62,919 nucleotides of DNA. Source: a virus (lineage: Duplodnaviria; Caudoviricetes). The position numbers and the translations under genes were made by a program. The notes beneath the pieces were generated by a model. The model worked only from the letters and a program-made list of their open reading frames with translations. It did no database searches and had not been told where the DNA came from. Below are positions 29,447-38,338 of this stretch, in pieces; the stretch's first letter is position 1, and each line of letters starts with the position of its first letter. The stretch lies in the IMG/VR virus record IMGVR_UViG_3300021962_000100, positions 1 to 62,919 of that record; one strand, 5' to 3'.

Positions 29447-31096
29447 TTAGCAAGAAACTACATTGTAAGGATTGTACACAGGAAGTGTAGGGAAATTCAC
29501 AGGAACGTCACATACAGTATCACATGAGAATGCTTCAATGTTACAACCATTAGCACAACCATCTAACCAATCAGATACATCAGTATACAATGTACTTAAT
29601 GCGTTTTGAGAGAAAATAGTTAATGCATATTGATCATTATCAAATGTTCCACTTGGATTATTAAAACGTGGTACATTGTGAATAAGTACATATCTGTAGT
29701 ATAAAGCACCACGATCAATAGTACTGATAATTTGATTTCCTTGAGTAATCTCACGGATACGTAGATCAGTTGCTAAGAAGTTTTGTCTGTAAGATTCAGA
29801 AAGAGTAAGTTCTCTAAGAACTGTCTCACCAAGACCTTGTACTTGAAGACCAGTACACTCAGTAACAACACAAAGAGTTGTAAATGCACATGGATCACCA
29901 TTAAGATCTACTTCAGAAGCATAAAGTTTAACTGGCTCTTTTTCATAGAAGTCAGAAACTTGGAATGTACAGTCACCAAATCTAGTGTCAACATAAGCAC
30001 CGTTTAAGATCAAACCTGCACAAGCACCATCAGTGTGTCCAGCAGATACATAGTTATCCCAAGTATCAGCACCATTTGCAGCTAAGAAAGTAGCAGAAGT
30101 TCCTGGAGCATACCAGATAGTACCATCTTCAGCTTGAACAGCTGGTTGAATGAATGGAGAAACAATTGGATTGTTTACAATTGCATTAGCCCAAGCAATC
30201 ATTACAGTAGTTGAATCAACTGCTACTGGAGCAATTGCACCATCTGGGCAACATCCTGTGTATGCATCAACAGTTGCATAAGCATTGTGGTTTAAGAAAC
30301 GTAATGCAGGAGAACCTTTAACATCCAAACGGAGGTAGTAAGTTTCACCACATAAGAATTCTTTGCAGCACTCAGCTGTAGTACCACAACCTTCTTGTGC
30401 ATGAGCTGAAGTAATTGTAGCTACGTCTACAGTAGCATCATCATTACCACCAACAAGAGTAAGTGTATCATTTACAGTGTATCCTTTTCCTGGATTAATA
30501 ACTGTAGCTGAATCAACAGTACCACCAGTAACAACAATTTCTAAAACTGCACCAGTACCAGTACCACCAGTTACTTCAACAGTGTAAGTACCATTAGCAT
30601 AGCCTGTACCAGCAACCAAAGTATCAACAGTTAATGCACCGCCTCCATTTGTCCAGTAAGTAGAACCTACGTGAATTACATTGTTTTGTGGAGAACATGG
30701 ATCTACTGAATAGAAACGTGATACATATTTAGGGTTGATCATTTTAGACTTGTTAGTCTCTTGATAACCACCTGCTAATGGACCAATCTTGTCATTATCA
30801 TAAATTGCAGAACCTGCAATATAAACATTACAACAAGCTGTTGGAGTAATAGTTTGATTAAAAGTTGCACTACTAGGATTTGCATCGAAAATACCAATGT
30901 ATCCATTTTCATAAGTAGATGCTGCAGCTGCTTTCAACTGATTCAAACCATAGGTAGGAACACCTTCGGTGGTCACATAACCATAATCAGAATCTGTAGA
31001 AACAGTTGTGCCATCTAACAAAGTTACAGTAGCGTTATTAACACTTTCTCCTGTAGCTAAGAATGCTTTTTCAAAAGCATGATTAAAATAAGCCAT
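29447..31096 (-). CDS. Abundant structural protein, putative auxiliary capsid protein with GTGY-type beta insertion
   Basis: 549 aa with its own promoter motif and terminator and a TGYANGTY...GGTGTGA...PGKGY insert. Its position matches crAss-like auxiliary capsid genes. Confidence 0.5.
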   Translation of the reverse strand: MAYFNHAFEKAFLATGESVNNATVTLLDGTTVSTDSDYGYVTTEGVPTYGLNQLKAAAASTYENGYIGIFDANPSSATFNQTITPTACCNVYIAGSAIYDNDKIGPLAGGYQETNKSKMINPKYVSRFYSVDPCSPQNNVIHVGSTYWTNGGGALTVDTLVAGTGYANGTYTVEVTGGTGTGAVLEIVVTGGTVDSATVINPGKGYTVNDTLTLVGGNDDATVDVATITSAHAQEGCGTTAECCKEFLCGETYYLRLDVKGSPALRFLNHNAYATVDAYTGCCPDGAIAPVAVDSTTVMIAWANAIVNNPIVSPFIQPAVQAEDGTIWYAPGTSATFLAANGADTWDNYVSAGHTDGACAGLILNGAYVDTRFGDCTFQVSDFYEKEPVKLYASEVDLNGDPCAFTTLCVVTECTGLQVQGLGETVLRELTLSESYRQNFLATDLRIREITQGNQIISTIDRGALYYRYVLIHNVPRFNNPSGTFDNDQYALTIFSQNALSTLYTDVSDWLDGCANGCNIEAFSCDTVCDVPVNFPTLPVYNPYNVVSC

Positions 31097-31161
31097 TTTT
31101 TCTAAGTTTTAATTAATAAATATATACTATAATATAGTGAAAGTTTTTTAAACTTCCAAAA

Positions 31162-31617
31162 TTATTTTAAGAAAAGCAATTTGTATTTTGCTGAGTTAAT
31201 TGTATCCTTTAAAGTATCTAAACTATTTACAAGTTCTGAGTAAGGCATTTTTGCTTGAAGAGCATTTACCATTTGATACATATCTCTTAAATATGCAAGA
31301 CCTTCTTCTACTGTATTAAGAGTTCTTGGTGTAGCTTCTGTGTAATCTAAAATTTTTTCAGCAGCACCTTGATAACCTTCAATAAGAGTATCTGCATGTC
31401 CTGGTAATGCATCATATAAATCATTAAGAGCTTTATGTGCTGCATAAGATCCAGCTCCTTTTACTTTTAAGTGAAGTTTATGAAAACTTGATGCAGCATT
31501 CATAAGTTCTGTTGCACAGGCTGCTGTCATTGTATCACAATTAGCAGAAGATCCTGCTGTTGAATAATTTGCTGTTGATGCAGAAGCATCTCTTTTTAAC
31601 ATTCTAGGTTTGTCCAT
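31162..31617 (-). CDS. Ferritin/Dps-like four-helix protein
   Basis: FHKLH...SYAAHKALNDLYD...DTLIEGYQG...KYKL motif of phage ferritin-like proteins. Confidence 0.75.
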   Translation of the reverse strand: MDKPRMLKRDASASTANYSTAGSSANCDTMTAACATELMNAASSFHKLHLKVKGAGSYAAHKALNDLYDALPGHADTLIEGYQGAAEKILDYTEATPRTLNTVEEGLAYLRDMYQMVNALQAKMPYSELVNSLDTLKDTINSAKYKLLFLK

Positions 31618-31622
31618 TTTTA

Positions 31623-32321
31623 TTAATTATTGCGTTCTGCAGTTTCTGTACCTCTAGAGAACTGATTTCCTGATTCCATATCACCAGCAAGAATACTCAC
31701 TGCTTCATCAATTATTACTTCTATTATATCATCTTTAAATTCACATTCTACATTTTGAGTAGATTGTAGATTAGTATAAGGATCTACACAACCATCAATT
31801 TGAATTTTTATAGGTTGTCTATAGTAAATTATATTAGCTGATTCAATTTGAAAATCACCATTTGTATAAATATGTGTAGTATTTCCAATTAAAGTAGCAA
31901 ATGTTTCTCCCCATTCAAAACTAGGTTGTTTACCTTTATCTCTTAAAAGAACATTAAGATCTCCTTCCTGTGCTAAATAAACAGTCATCCTTCTTTTAGT
32001 ACAGCATTCTTGTTTAGCATATACATCTACTCTTTTCCATTGTAGATAATCTCCAGGAAGATTTCCAAAATAATAATATTCTTTATCTGTTAAATTAAGT
32101 GCTTGAGTATTTAGTAAAACTTGAAGATCATCTTTTCTTCTTGTTGAACCTTCATCACCTTCTTTTAAAATATTAATACCATGCAATTGTCTTCTAGCCC
32201 ACTCAACTTGTGCTTTATTAAAAGCTTCAACAATCTGCCAGCAAGTTATATTATCATAATCTTGACTATCCAGTTTATTTAACCGTTGCTTGATCTTTAT
32301 TTCAATTGTACTGTTTAACAT
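31623..32321 (-). CDS. Putative tail ring/connector protein
   Basis: 232 aa. LNKLDSQ...AFNKAQ...LPGDYL...YYRQP...EVIIDEAV pattern of crAss-like ring proteins. Confidence 0.65.
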   Translation of the reverse strand: MLNSTIEIKIKQRLNKLDSQDYDNITCWQIVEAFNKAQVEWARRQLHGINILKEGDEGSTRRKDDLQVLLNTQALNLTDKEYYYFGNLPGDYLQWKRVDVYAKQECCTKRRMTVYLAQEGDLNVLLRDKGKQPSFEWGETFATLIGNTTHIYTNGDFQIESANIIYYRQPIKIQIDGCVDPYTNLQSTQNVECEFKDDIIEVIIDEAVSILAGDMESGNQFSRGTETAERNN

Positions 32322-32755
32322 TATTTTTTCATTTTACTAAGTGTAATTGCAAGTCTTGCTCTTTGACCAAGCTTACCACCCTTTTTAGCAGCTGCTGCCA
32401 ATTTAGCTTTAGGAATAGTTTCTCCTTTCTTAACACCAAGTTGTTCTCTAAGAGCACCTGGCTTTTTAATAGCACCCTGAATCCAGTTACCACCCTTTTT
32501 TTGTTTTGGTACTTCAGCTGCTTTTTTTGCTTCTTTTTTAGCCGCTCTATTTTCTTTGATGTTTTTACCTACTCTAGTACCAATAGCGGATAAACCTGTA
32601 CCAATTATTGTTGCTGCAATTTTAGCACTTGGCGTACTAAATGCACCTGGTTTTTTAGGCCATGGAACACACTTACCATCTATACAAGCATGTTCTGGAG
32701 GACAATCATCACCATAATTACATCCTTGTTTTGATTTTGTACTTTTAACTGCCAT
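32321..32755 (-). CDS. Small basic protein (Cys mini-domain, hydrophobic segment, NWIQGAIKKPGAL module)
   Basis: 144 aa, Lys-rich. A KKGG motif precedes the C-terminal module. Confidence 0.7.
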   Translation of the reverse strand: MAVKSTKSKQGCNYGDDCPPEHACIDGKCVPWPKKPGAFSTPSAKIAATIIGTGLSAIGTRVGKNIKENRAAKKEAKKAAEVPKQKKGGNWIQGAIKKPGALREQLGVKKGETIPKAKLAAAAKKGGKLGQRARLAITLSKMKK

Positions 32756-32757
32756 AA

Positions 32758-32997
32758 CTATTTCTTTTTACGTTTATTTTTTAAAGCACCTGCAATAACA
32801 TCTGCTCTAGTAATTTTATTTTTAGGTGCAGCTAATGCAGCAAGTTTTGCTTTTTTAACTGAGCCACCTTTTTTCATAGTAGGGGCACTATAGTTTGTAG
32901 TTCCTGTTTGAGGAATACCATAAATTTCAGGTTTAGTCGTTGAACCACCTTTTGCCATTTTTTGACCACCACATTTAGCACATCCTAATTTTTTCAT
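32758..32997 (-). CDS. Small basic protein with MAKGG/MKKGG motifs
   Basis: 79 aa, Lys-rich, tightly packed in the operon. Confidence 0.7.
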   Translation of the reverse strand: MKKLGCAKCGGQKMAKGGSTTKPEIYGIPQTGTTNYSAPTMKKGGSVKKAKLAALAAPKNKITRADVIAGALKNKRKKK

Positions 32998-33009
32998 AAT
33001 ATATAATTT

Positions 33010-33255
33010 TTAACATTTCCATTTTCTCAAAGACTTATTGATTCTTGATTGAGGATCATTAGCAGTCTTAGCACTTGTAAGTTTTTTCTTCATTCCTGTC
33101 ATACGTGCACAGAAAGATTTCTTTCTTGGACCTCCTCCTGGTTGAGGAGCTTTAATATCATGACCAGCAGCCTTTAATGAAGCTCTACCTTTAGCATTAA
33201 GACCACCACTAGGTGACTTACCTTCTTTTCTTTGCCATGCTGGTGTCTTTGCCAT
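33010..33255 (-). CDS. Small basic phage protein (AWQRKEGK...SFCARM...RKWKC family)
   Basis: 81 aa. Motif widely seen in environmental phages. Confidence 0.75.
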   Translation of the reverse strand: MAKTPAWQRKEGKSPSGGLNAKGRASLKAAGHDIKAPQPGGGPRKKSFCARMTGMKKKLTSAKTANDPQSRINKSLRKWKC

Positions 33256-33481
33256 TCTTTTTATTTTTAGGATAAGGGTTTTCTCTATGCCATTTTTTAG
33301 TTGCTGCTATACCCTGTTTAATTGTTTTAGCTCCTGCTTTCTTGGTAAGATTGATTGTATCCCACTTTCCTTTATCTTCAGTAGGATGATTAACCATTAT
33401 ATCCCCAGGTTTACCTTTGCCTATCTTTGTAGTCTTTTTATAAATCCTGTGTTTTTCACCATCTGCAGTTACTCTTGCCAT
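33218..33481 (-). CDS. Small basic hypothetical protein
   Basis: 87 aa, Lys-rich, overlaps the next gene by 38 nt. Confidence 0.7.
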   Translation of the reverse strand: MARVTADGEKHRIYKKTTKIGKGKPGDIMVNHPTEDKGKWDTINLTKKAGAKTIKQGIAATKKWHRENPYPKNKKNGKDTSMAKKRR

Positions 33482-33483
33482 AA

Positions 33484-33708
33484 TTATCTACTGAATGTTT
33501 TAAGAACGCTCATTTGTTCTTGAGCAAGTTTTTTAACATCATTCATCATCTTAGCATCCTTACGGATTTCATCTGCTCTTTTAAGAGTACTAAGTGCTGA
33601 TTCAATTTCCCATTTTCTCATCTCTGCTTTAGCAGGTGCAGAAATAGACATACCTGTAGATGCTTTCTTTACAGGAGCCTTTTTAGTTGTTGTTTTTTTA
33701 ATTGCCAT
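33484..33708 (-). CDS. Small basic hypothetical protein
   Basis: 74 aa with a histone-H1-like KKTTTKKAPVKK N-terminus. Confidence 0.7.
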   Translation of the reverse strand: MAIKKTTTKKAPVKKASTGMSISAPAKAEMRKWEIESALSTLKRADEIRKDAKMMNDVKKLAQEQMSVLKTFSR

Positions 33709-33710
33709 AA

Positions 33711-33863
33711 CTATTTCTTTTTAGTTGCTGCTTTAATTTTCTTTTCTTGCTTAAGCATTTGTTTAGTAGGTTTCTTTCCAGAACCTTTATTATCACGGAT
33801 GTTATCCCAGAGACCTCTCTGGGAATAACTACCGTCTTTTCTTTTTAGCATTTGCTTTGGCAT
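33711..33863 (-). CDS. Small basic protein, 50 aa (not in ORF track)
   Basis: MPKQMLKRKDGSYSQRGLWDNIRDNKGSGKKPTKQMLKQEKKIKAATKKK fills the gap with 1-2 nt spacers. Confidence 0.75.
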   Translation of the reverse strand: MPKQMLKRKDGSYSQRGLWDNIRDNKGSGKKPTKQMLKQEKKIKAATKKK

Positions 33864-33864
33864 C

Positions 33865-34221
33865 TTAGCACTTTTTACCTCTCATACTGCCACCCATTTT
33901 TGCTTTAGGTACAGCAGTTCTTGGAGCAGAACTAGTACCACCAACTCTACCTTTAGTGGTTTTCTGTGTAGAAACTTTAGCATTTGAATTTACCATACCA
34001 CCAGTTTTCATAACTTTTCTCGTAGGTTTTAGATTATAAACTTCGGTTCCTCCTGTTTCTTTAACTTCTTTTCTACCAGCTTTAGTATAAGGCGTGTATA
34101 ATCCTTTAGTATTTGTGTAGCCCTCTACAGGAACATATAGTCCTTTACCTTTTGAAGCTTTTCTTTTTGCAGCTTTTTCACTCATAGTGCGTCCACCATC
34201 GTCATATTTTTTAAGTGCCAT
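33865..34221 (-). CDS. Small basic protein with YDDGG/MKTGG/AKMGG motifs
   Basis: 118 aa, Lys-rich. Confidence 0.7.
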   Translation of the reverse strand: MALKKYDDGGRTMSEKAAKRKASKGKGLYVPVEGYTNTKGLYTPYTKAGRKEVKETGGTEVYNLKPTRKVMKTGGMVNSNAKVSTQKTTKGRVGGTSSAPRTAVPKAKMGGSMRGKKC

Positions 34222-34233
34222 TTTATTTTAAGT

Positions 34234-35250
34234 TTAAGAATTCCAAAATTTCTCACAGGCTTTGTTGAGATCTGTTAGAACATCCTCATTGAGTGGGTTC
34301 TTCAAGTACTCTATTACATCTGAAACATTGCGTCCTAACATTGCATTAGTCTTAGCATGGTAGATGTAACCATCAGCCTTATTAATAATATACTTAAAAA
34401 ATACGGAATCTCTAACAATTGATTTAATTTTTAGTGTTTCCATATCCATTCCTACAGCTTCAAGGAAAGACTTAGCAGCTCTTTCTTTGTTGCCTTCAAC
34501 TCCTTCTCCATTAATGTACAAGTCCATGTTCTCATACATAACATCATTAGGTGTTGACTTTCTATATTGTGTACTGTTACCATCTACTACTTTAGCTACA
34601 TAGAATAGTTTAGTACTATTTTTGTCAAATAATTTCTGAAGTTCAGAAAGTGCCTTGTTACGCATTTTCTTGTATTCAGTTCTTGCAACAACAGTCTGCT
34701 CTTGTTTGTCTAAGTAAAACTTAGGTGGAACAGCTCTTGATCTTGCATCATCAAAACTTTTTGATACAATAGAAAATCCCCCAGCTTCAATAGCATAAAG
34801 TTTAATTCTATCATATGGATCATTAGGATCTAAGAATAAAGGTTCATTACCACATGCAATATGAATCTTATTCCAAAAATCTTTATTATCTGGTTTAAGT
34901 AATTTTACTTTATTCCAGAATTGAGGGTCCTCAATATCTAAAACATTTGCTGCTAACTCTGTCTCAAGTTCAGCAACAGCAGTTCTAATTTCTCTTACCC
35001 TTGCTTCCTTGTCTTCAGCTTTAAGAAGTTTAATCTCTGGTGCAAATTCATTTAAACCAGTAAGATATCTAATAACTCCATTTTGCTCAAGGCAAGCAAG
35101 TTGTTCAAAATGCTTAACTCCATCATATAAAGATAAGCCATAAGTTTCTAGTCCCATATTAGAGACTGAGTTGTCAAAGAACGGGCGGACTGCAATAGCT
35201 GTTTTTTTAACAGTTCCGTGTCCCATTTCTACCATTGTGAAATTTTCCAT
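34234..35250 (-). CDS. Conserved crAss-like capsid-module protein downstream of MCP
   Basis: 338 aa. LDPNDPYDRI...FYLD...LGRN...YLKNP pattern; synteny. Confidence 0.6.
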   Translation of the reverse strand: MENFTMVEMGHGTVKKTAIAVRPFFDNSVSNMGLETYGLSLYDGVKHFEQLACLEQNGVIRYLTGLNEFAPEIKLLKAEDKEARVREIRTAVAELETELAANVLDIEDPQFWNKVKLLKPDNKDFWNKIHIACGNEPLFLDPNDPYDRIKLYAIEAGGFSIVSKSFDDARSRAVPPKFYLDKQEQTVVARTEYKKMRNKALSELQKLFDKNSTKLFYVAKVVDGNSTQYRKSTPNDVMYENMDLYINGEGVEGNKERAAKSFLEAVGMDMETLKIKSIVRDSVFFKYIINKADGYIYHAKTNAMLGRNVSDVIEYLKNPLNEDVLTDLNKACEKFWNS

Positions 35251-35287
35251 GTTTTGTTGGTTTTATTTTTGTTGGTTAAAATTAAAG

Positions 35288-35321
35288 AAAAAAGGGAGGA
35301 GTTTCCCCCTCCCTTGTTTTT
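35288..35321 (-). terminator. Intrinsic terminator after MCP
   Basis: AAAAAAGGGAGG...CCTCCCTT inverted repeat. Confidence 0.75.
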
Positions 35322-35331
35322 CTAGTTTAGA

Positions 35332-36951
35332 TTAGAATGATCCACCAGTTACTGGGTTTCTCATAACAATTTTCAACACTTTAGTTGGGTCTTTAACCCA
35401 AATAGCTGGCATTGTTTGGCTCATCATTACACGGTAACCATTGAACTGACCAGAAGACTGGAAGCCTTGGCTACGTCCCATGTAGTCCATAGTACCATTT
35501 TGATACCACCATTTCAATTGATTATCCCAAGACAATTTCAATAAGAAGATATTGTCATTAGTATTATCAGTGATATCAAAGATAATGAATGAGTAAGAAG
35601 ATAATGGGAAACCATCAATGATTGGGTTCTCAATATCATTTGTATGAACATTGTCAAATGCTGGGTTCAACACAAACTTAACGTTAGCCAAGAATGGAAT
35701 AACATAAGAAGTGTAAGCAAAACCAAAGTTCAAGTCCATACCTTTACCAGTGATTGCACCGATATCAGCAGCCTGGATAAGAAGACCAGAAGAGATAGCC
35801 TCTTGTTTGATAGCCTCATTAACCATACGCATACCACCCATACCAGTTTGTACAACTAGACTACGTTTTGGATCTGGACCTTGGAACTCAACCTTACCAT
35901 TGAAGAAGTTGTAGATCTCAGAACGGAACAAGTCAAGTGTGAAGTTATTTTTATTGTATACTCTTTTGAATGAGTTATCCAACTGCTTCCAAAGACCCAC
36001 AGACAATCTAACATCATCTGGACCATCCTGACGTACTCTACCACCATGACCCCACATTAAGTAAGTTTCAATGTCAGTAGCAATTTTGCTCAAGTGAGCA
36101 GATTCCATTTGAGTTAAGAAAGTTCTTGAAAGGTCACCATTATCAAATGCCTTTTTAACTTTGTCTTTACCCATTACCTTAATCATGTCTTCCAAAGAAG
36201 CAATTGAAGGATCTTGGATGCTTTTGTCAAATGTTCTCCAGATCTCAGTTACAGGAACTGTACCATCTGCATTCATACCACCTTTGATCATCAAGTCAGC
36301 ACGGCTAGAGATAGAGTAGTGTACGTGAGCTTCTGCACCACCAACAAAGTTATAGAATTCACGGAATCCTGTTTTTGTAGTAATGTCAGAGAATCTTTCA
36401 CCATACTCACCTCTTGCAGAACCTTTACGGAATACTTTGGTACCGTTAGCTAAGTATTTGTTGTCAATGTATTTGTAGTTGTCATTGTTTACCAACTGCA
36501 CAGTATAGATATAACCATCACCTAATGGGAGGATATCTTCTTGTGTAATGTACATCTCAACACCATTGTATTTGTCATAAGTGATGATATCACCATGTCC
36601 AAATTCTCTTTTGTTAAGTTTGATACGGAATGTAGTACCATCAACACCTTTAAAGTCATTGTTTGGTTCTACGTCTTCAACAATGTAAGGAAGGTCAATA
36701 GAGACAGGAGTCTGCCATCTGTATTCCCCACGTGCGTTATCAACCATGATAACATTTTTTCCACCAAATGATGACATTTGATAAAGAGGCATTTCAACCT
36801 TTTGAGCCATAGCCCAAAGATCCACTGGACCCAAGTCCATTGGCTCTGCATCTTTCAGCATGTTCACCAAGTGGTAAGAATCCACATGGGAACTTGCGTT
36901 GTAAGCGGTATCCCTAAGGAATATACCATTGTTCATTACTGGAGTTGCCAT
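35332..36951 (-). CDS. Major capsid protein
   Basis: 539 aa with high-expression codon bias, followed by a terminator. SARGEYGE, GLWKQL, QTGMGG and WVKDPTK motifs fit crAss-like MCPs. Confidence 0.85.
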   Translation of the reverse strand: MATPVMNNGIFLRDTAYNASSHVDSYHLVNMLKDAEPMDLGPVDLWAMAQKVEMPLYQMSSFGGKNVIMVDNARGEYRWQTPVSIDLPYIVEDVEPNNDFKGVDGTTFRIKLNKREFGHGDIITYDKYNGVEMYITQEDILPLGDGYIYTVQLVNNDNYKYIDNKYLANGTKVFRKGSARGEYGERFSDITTKTGFREFYNFVGGAEAHVHYSISSRADLMIKGGMNADGTVPVTEIWRTFDKSIQDPSIASLEDMIKVMGKDKVKKAFDNGDLSRTFLTQMESAHLSKIATDIETYLMWGHGGRVRQDGPDDVRLSVGLWKQLDNSFKRVYNKNNFTLDLFRSEIYNFFNGKVEFQGPDPKRSLVVQTGMGGMRMVNEAIKQEAISSGLLIQAADIGAITGKGMDLNFGFAYTSYVIPFLANVKFVLNPAFDNVHTNDIENPIIDGFPLSSYSFIIFDITDNTNDNIFLLKLSWDNQLKWWYQNGTMDYMGRSQGFQSSGQFNGYRVMMSQTMPAIWVKDPTKVLKIVMRNPVTGGSF

Positions 36952-36979
36952 TGTATATATTAATTTAAATTGTTACTAA

Positions 36980-38248
36980 TTAAAATCTCTTGAACAAATT
37001 GTTTGGTCTTGAGATTGTTTTTTGTTGACGGCTTGGTGTTGTTGTCCTTCTTTGTTCTGGTTCTTCTTGAGTTGAAGAACCTATTTTTCTTGCCTCTTCT
37101 GTTTTTAACTGTCTTACTGTTTTTTCTACAGTTTGTTTTACTCCTTGGTCTCTTACTTTATTTCTGTAAGAATCTGGATCAGAAAGTAACCACAAAGCTT
37201 CTGCAATCAAACCGTGATTTGGTTCTACAAACTGATACTTTTCTAACAAGTGCCCAAGTAGGTTTGTAGGTTTACCAGAAATTGAAGGATAATTTGGCTG
37301 AACTAATCCTGAATATAATTGACTTTGTACCTTTCTATCAAGTTTAATACCACCAAGTTCACCAACTGCTAATGTATTGTATACATTATCTTGATAAGCT
37401 TTTGCTTGCTGAGCTTGTTGTTGTCTTTTATATTCTTGTTCTGCAAGTTGTCTATTTACAATATCTTCTTGCATTTTATCTAACTTCGGTTTAAACTGTT
37501 GAGCTTTTTGTGCTAGTCTTCCTAGTTCTGCGTAGTCTTCAACTTCAGCCTCAATCTCTTCTGCACTTCCAAATCCTGTTGCATATAGATACTGTCTTGC
37601 AATCTCTGCTTGATCATATTCATTAGAAGGATCTAAATCTCTAATCTCTTCTACTTGAGCTAATGTTCTAAAAAGACCTTTAAGATCTTGACCACCATCT
37701 GCTACATATTTAGCAGCATATTGAAGTTCTTGTGGTAAAGACTGAAAGAACTCTTTTGGAGTATTCTCTCTCACTGCAGCTTCTCTTTCTTGAAAGTTAG
37801 CTTCAAATAATTCACGGAAATCTTTAGTTGTATATTCTTCTAATGGTTTATCATCATCAAAAGGAATAAGCGTACCTTCCTCAATCATTTTACTTGCTAA
37901 CTCAGCAAGACCAGACTTATCTACTTTAGGTCTTCCTTTATTACCAGCATCTTCTTCTTGTGAAATTAGACTATCAAGTTCATTAATTGTCTCTTCAACT
38001 TCTATCTTTTTTTCCTCAGCTTCTTTCCTTTCTTCAGGAGTTTTAGCTGTTGGATTGTCAAAGAACGTCATGTCTGTTTTTTCCGCTGAGAAAACAGATT
38101 TTTTTTCTGGTTCATTTTGGTCATCAGGTAGCATAATACTATCTGCACCTGGGATACCAAAAATTGAATCAATATCTACATCAACTTGACCTACCGTTGT
38201 AGAATCTTGTACCTGAATCTCTTCAGGATTTTTATTGGTTTCTTCCAT
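36980..38248 (-). CDS. Acidic/coiled-coil protein between portal and MCP (putative scaffold)
   Basis: 422 aa, acidic N-terminus, helical, basic C-tail; synteny. Confidence 0.55.
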   Translation of the reverse strand: MEETNKNPEEIQVQDSTTVGQVDVDIDSIFGIPGADSIMLPDDQNEPEKKSVFSAEKTDMTFFDNPTAKTPEERKEAEEKKIEVEETINELDSLISQEEDAGNKGRPKVDKSGLAELASKMIEEGTLIPFDDDKPLEEYTTKDFRELFEANFQEREAAVRENTPKEFFQSLPQELQYAAKYVADGGQDLKGLFRTLAQVEEIRDLDPSNEYDQAEIARQYLYATGFGSAEEIEAEVEDYAELGRLAQKAQQFKPKLDKMQEDIVNRQLAEQEYKRQQQAQQAKAYQDNVYNTLAVGELGGIKLDRKVQSQLYSGLVQPNYPSISGKPTNLLGHLLEKYQFVEPNHGLIAEALWLLSDPDSYRNKVRDQGVKQTVEKTVRQLKTEEARKIGSSTQEEPEQRRTTTPSRQQKTISRPNNLFKRF

Positions 38249-38270
38249 CTGTGTTGGTTTTGTTTATAAT

Positions 38271-38283
38271 TTAATATACAAAA
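38271..38283 (-). promoter_or_regulatory. Putative late promoter element (TTTTGTATATTAA)
   Basis: Same motif class, 22 nt upstream of the ATG at 38248. Confidence 0.5.
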
Positions 38284-38338
38284 TAAACTTGGAAAATTTA
38301 AAAGTCAAAAATTAATTTTTTGCAATATATAGCTAAAC

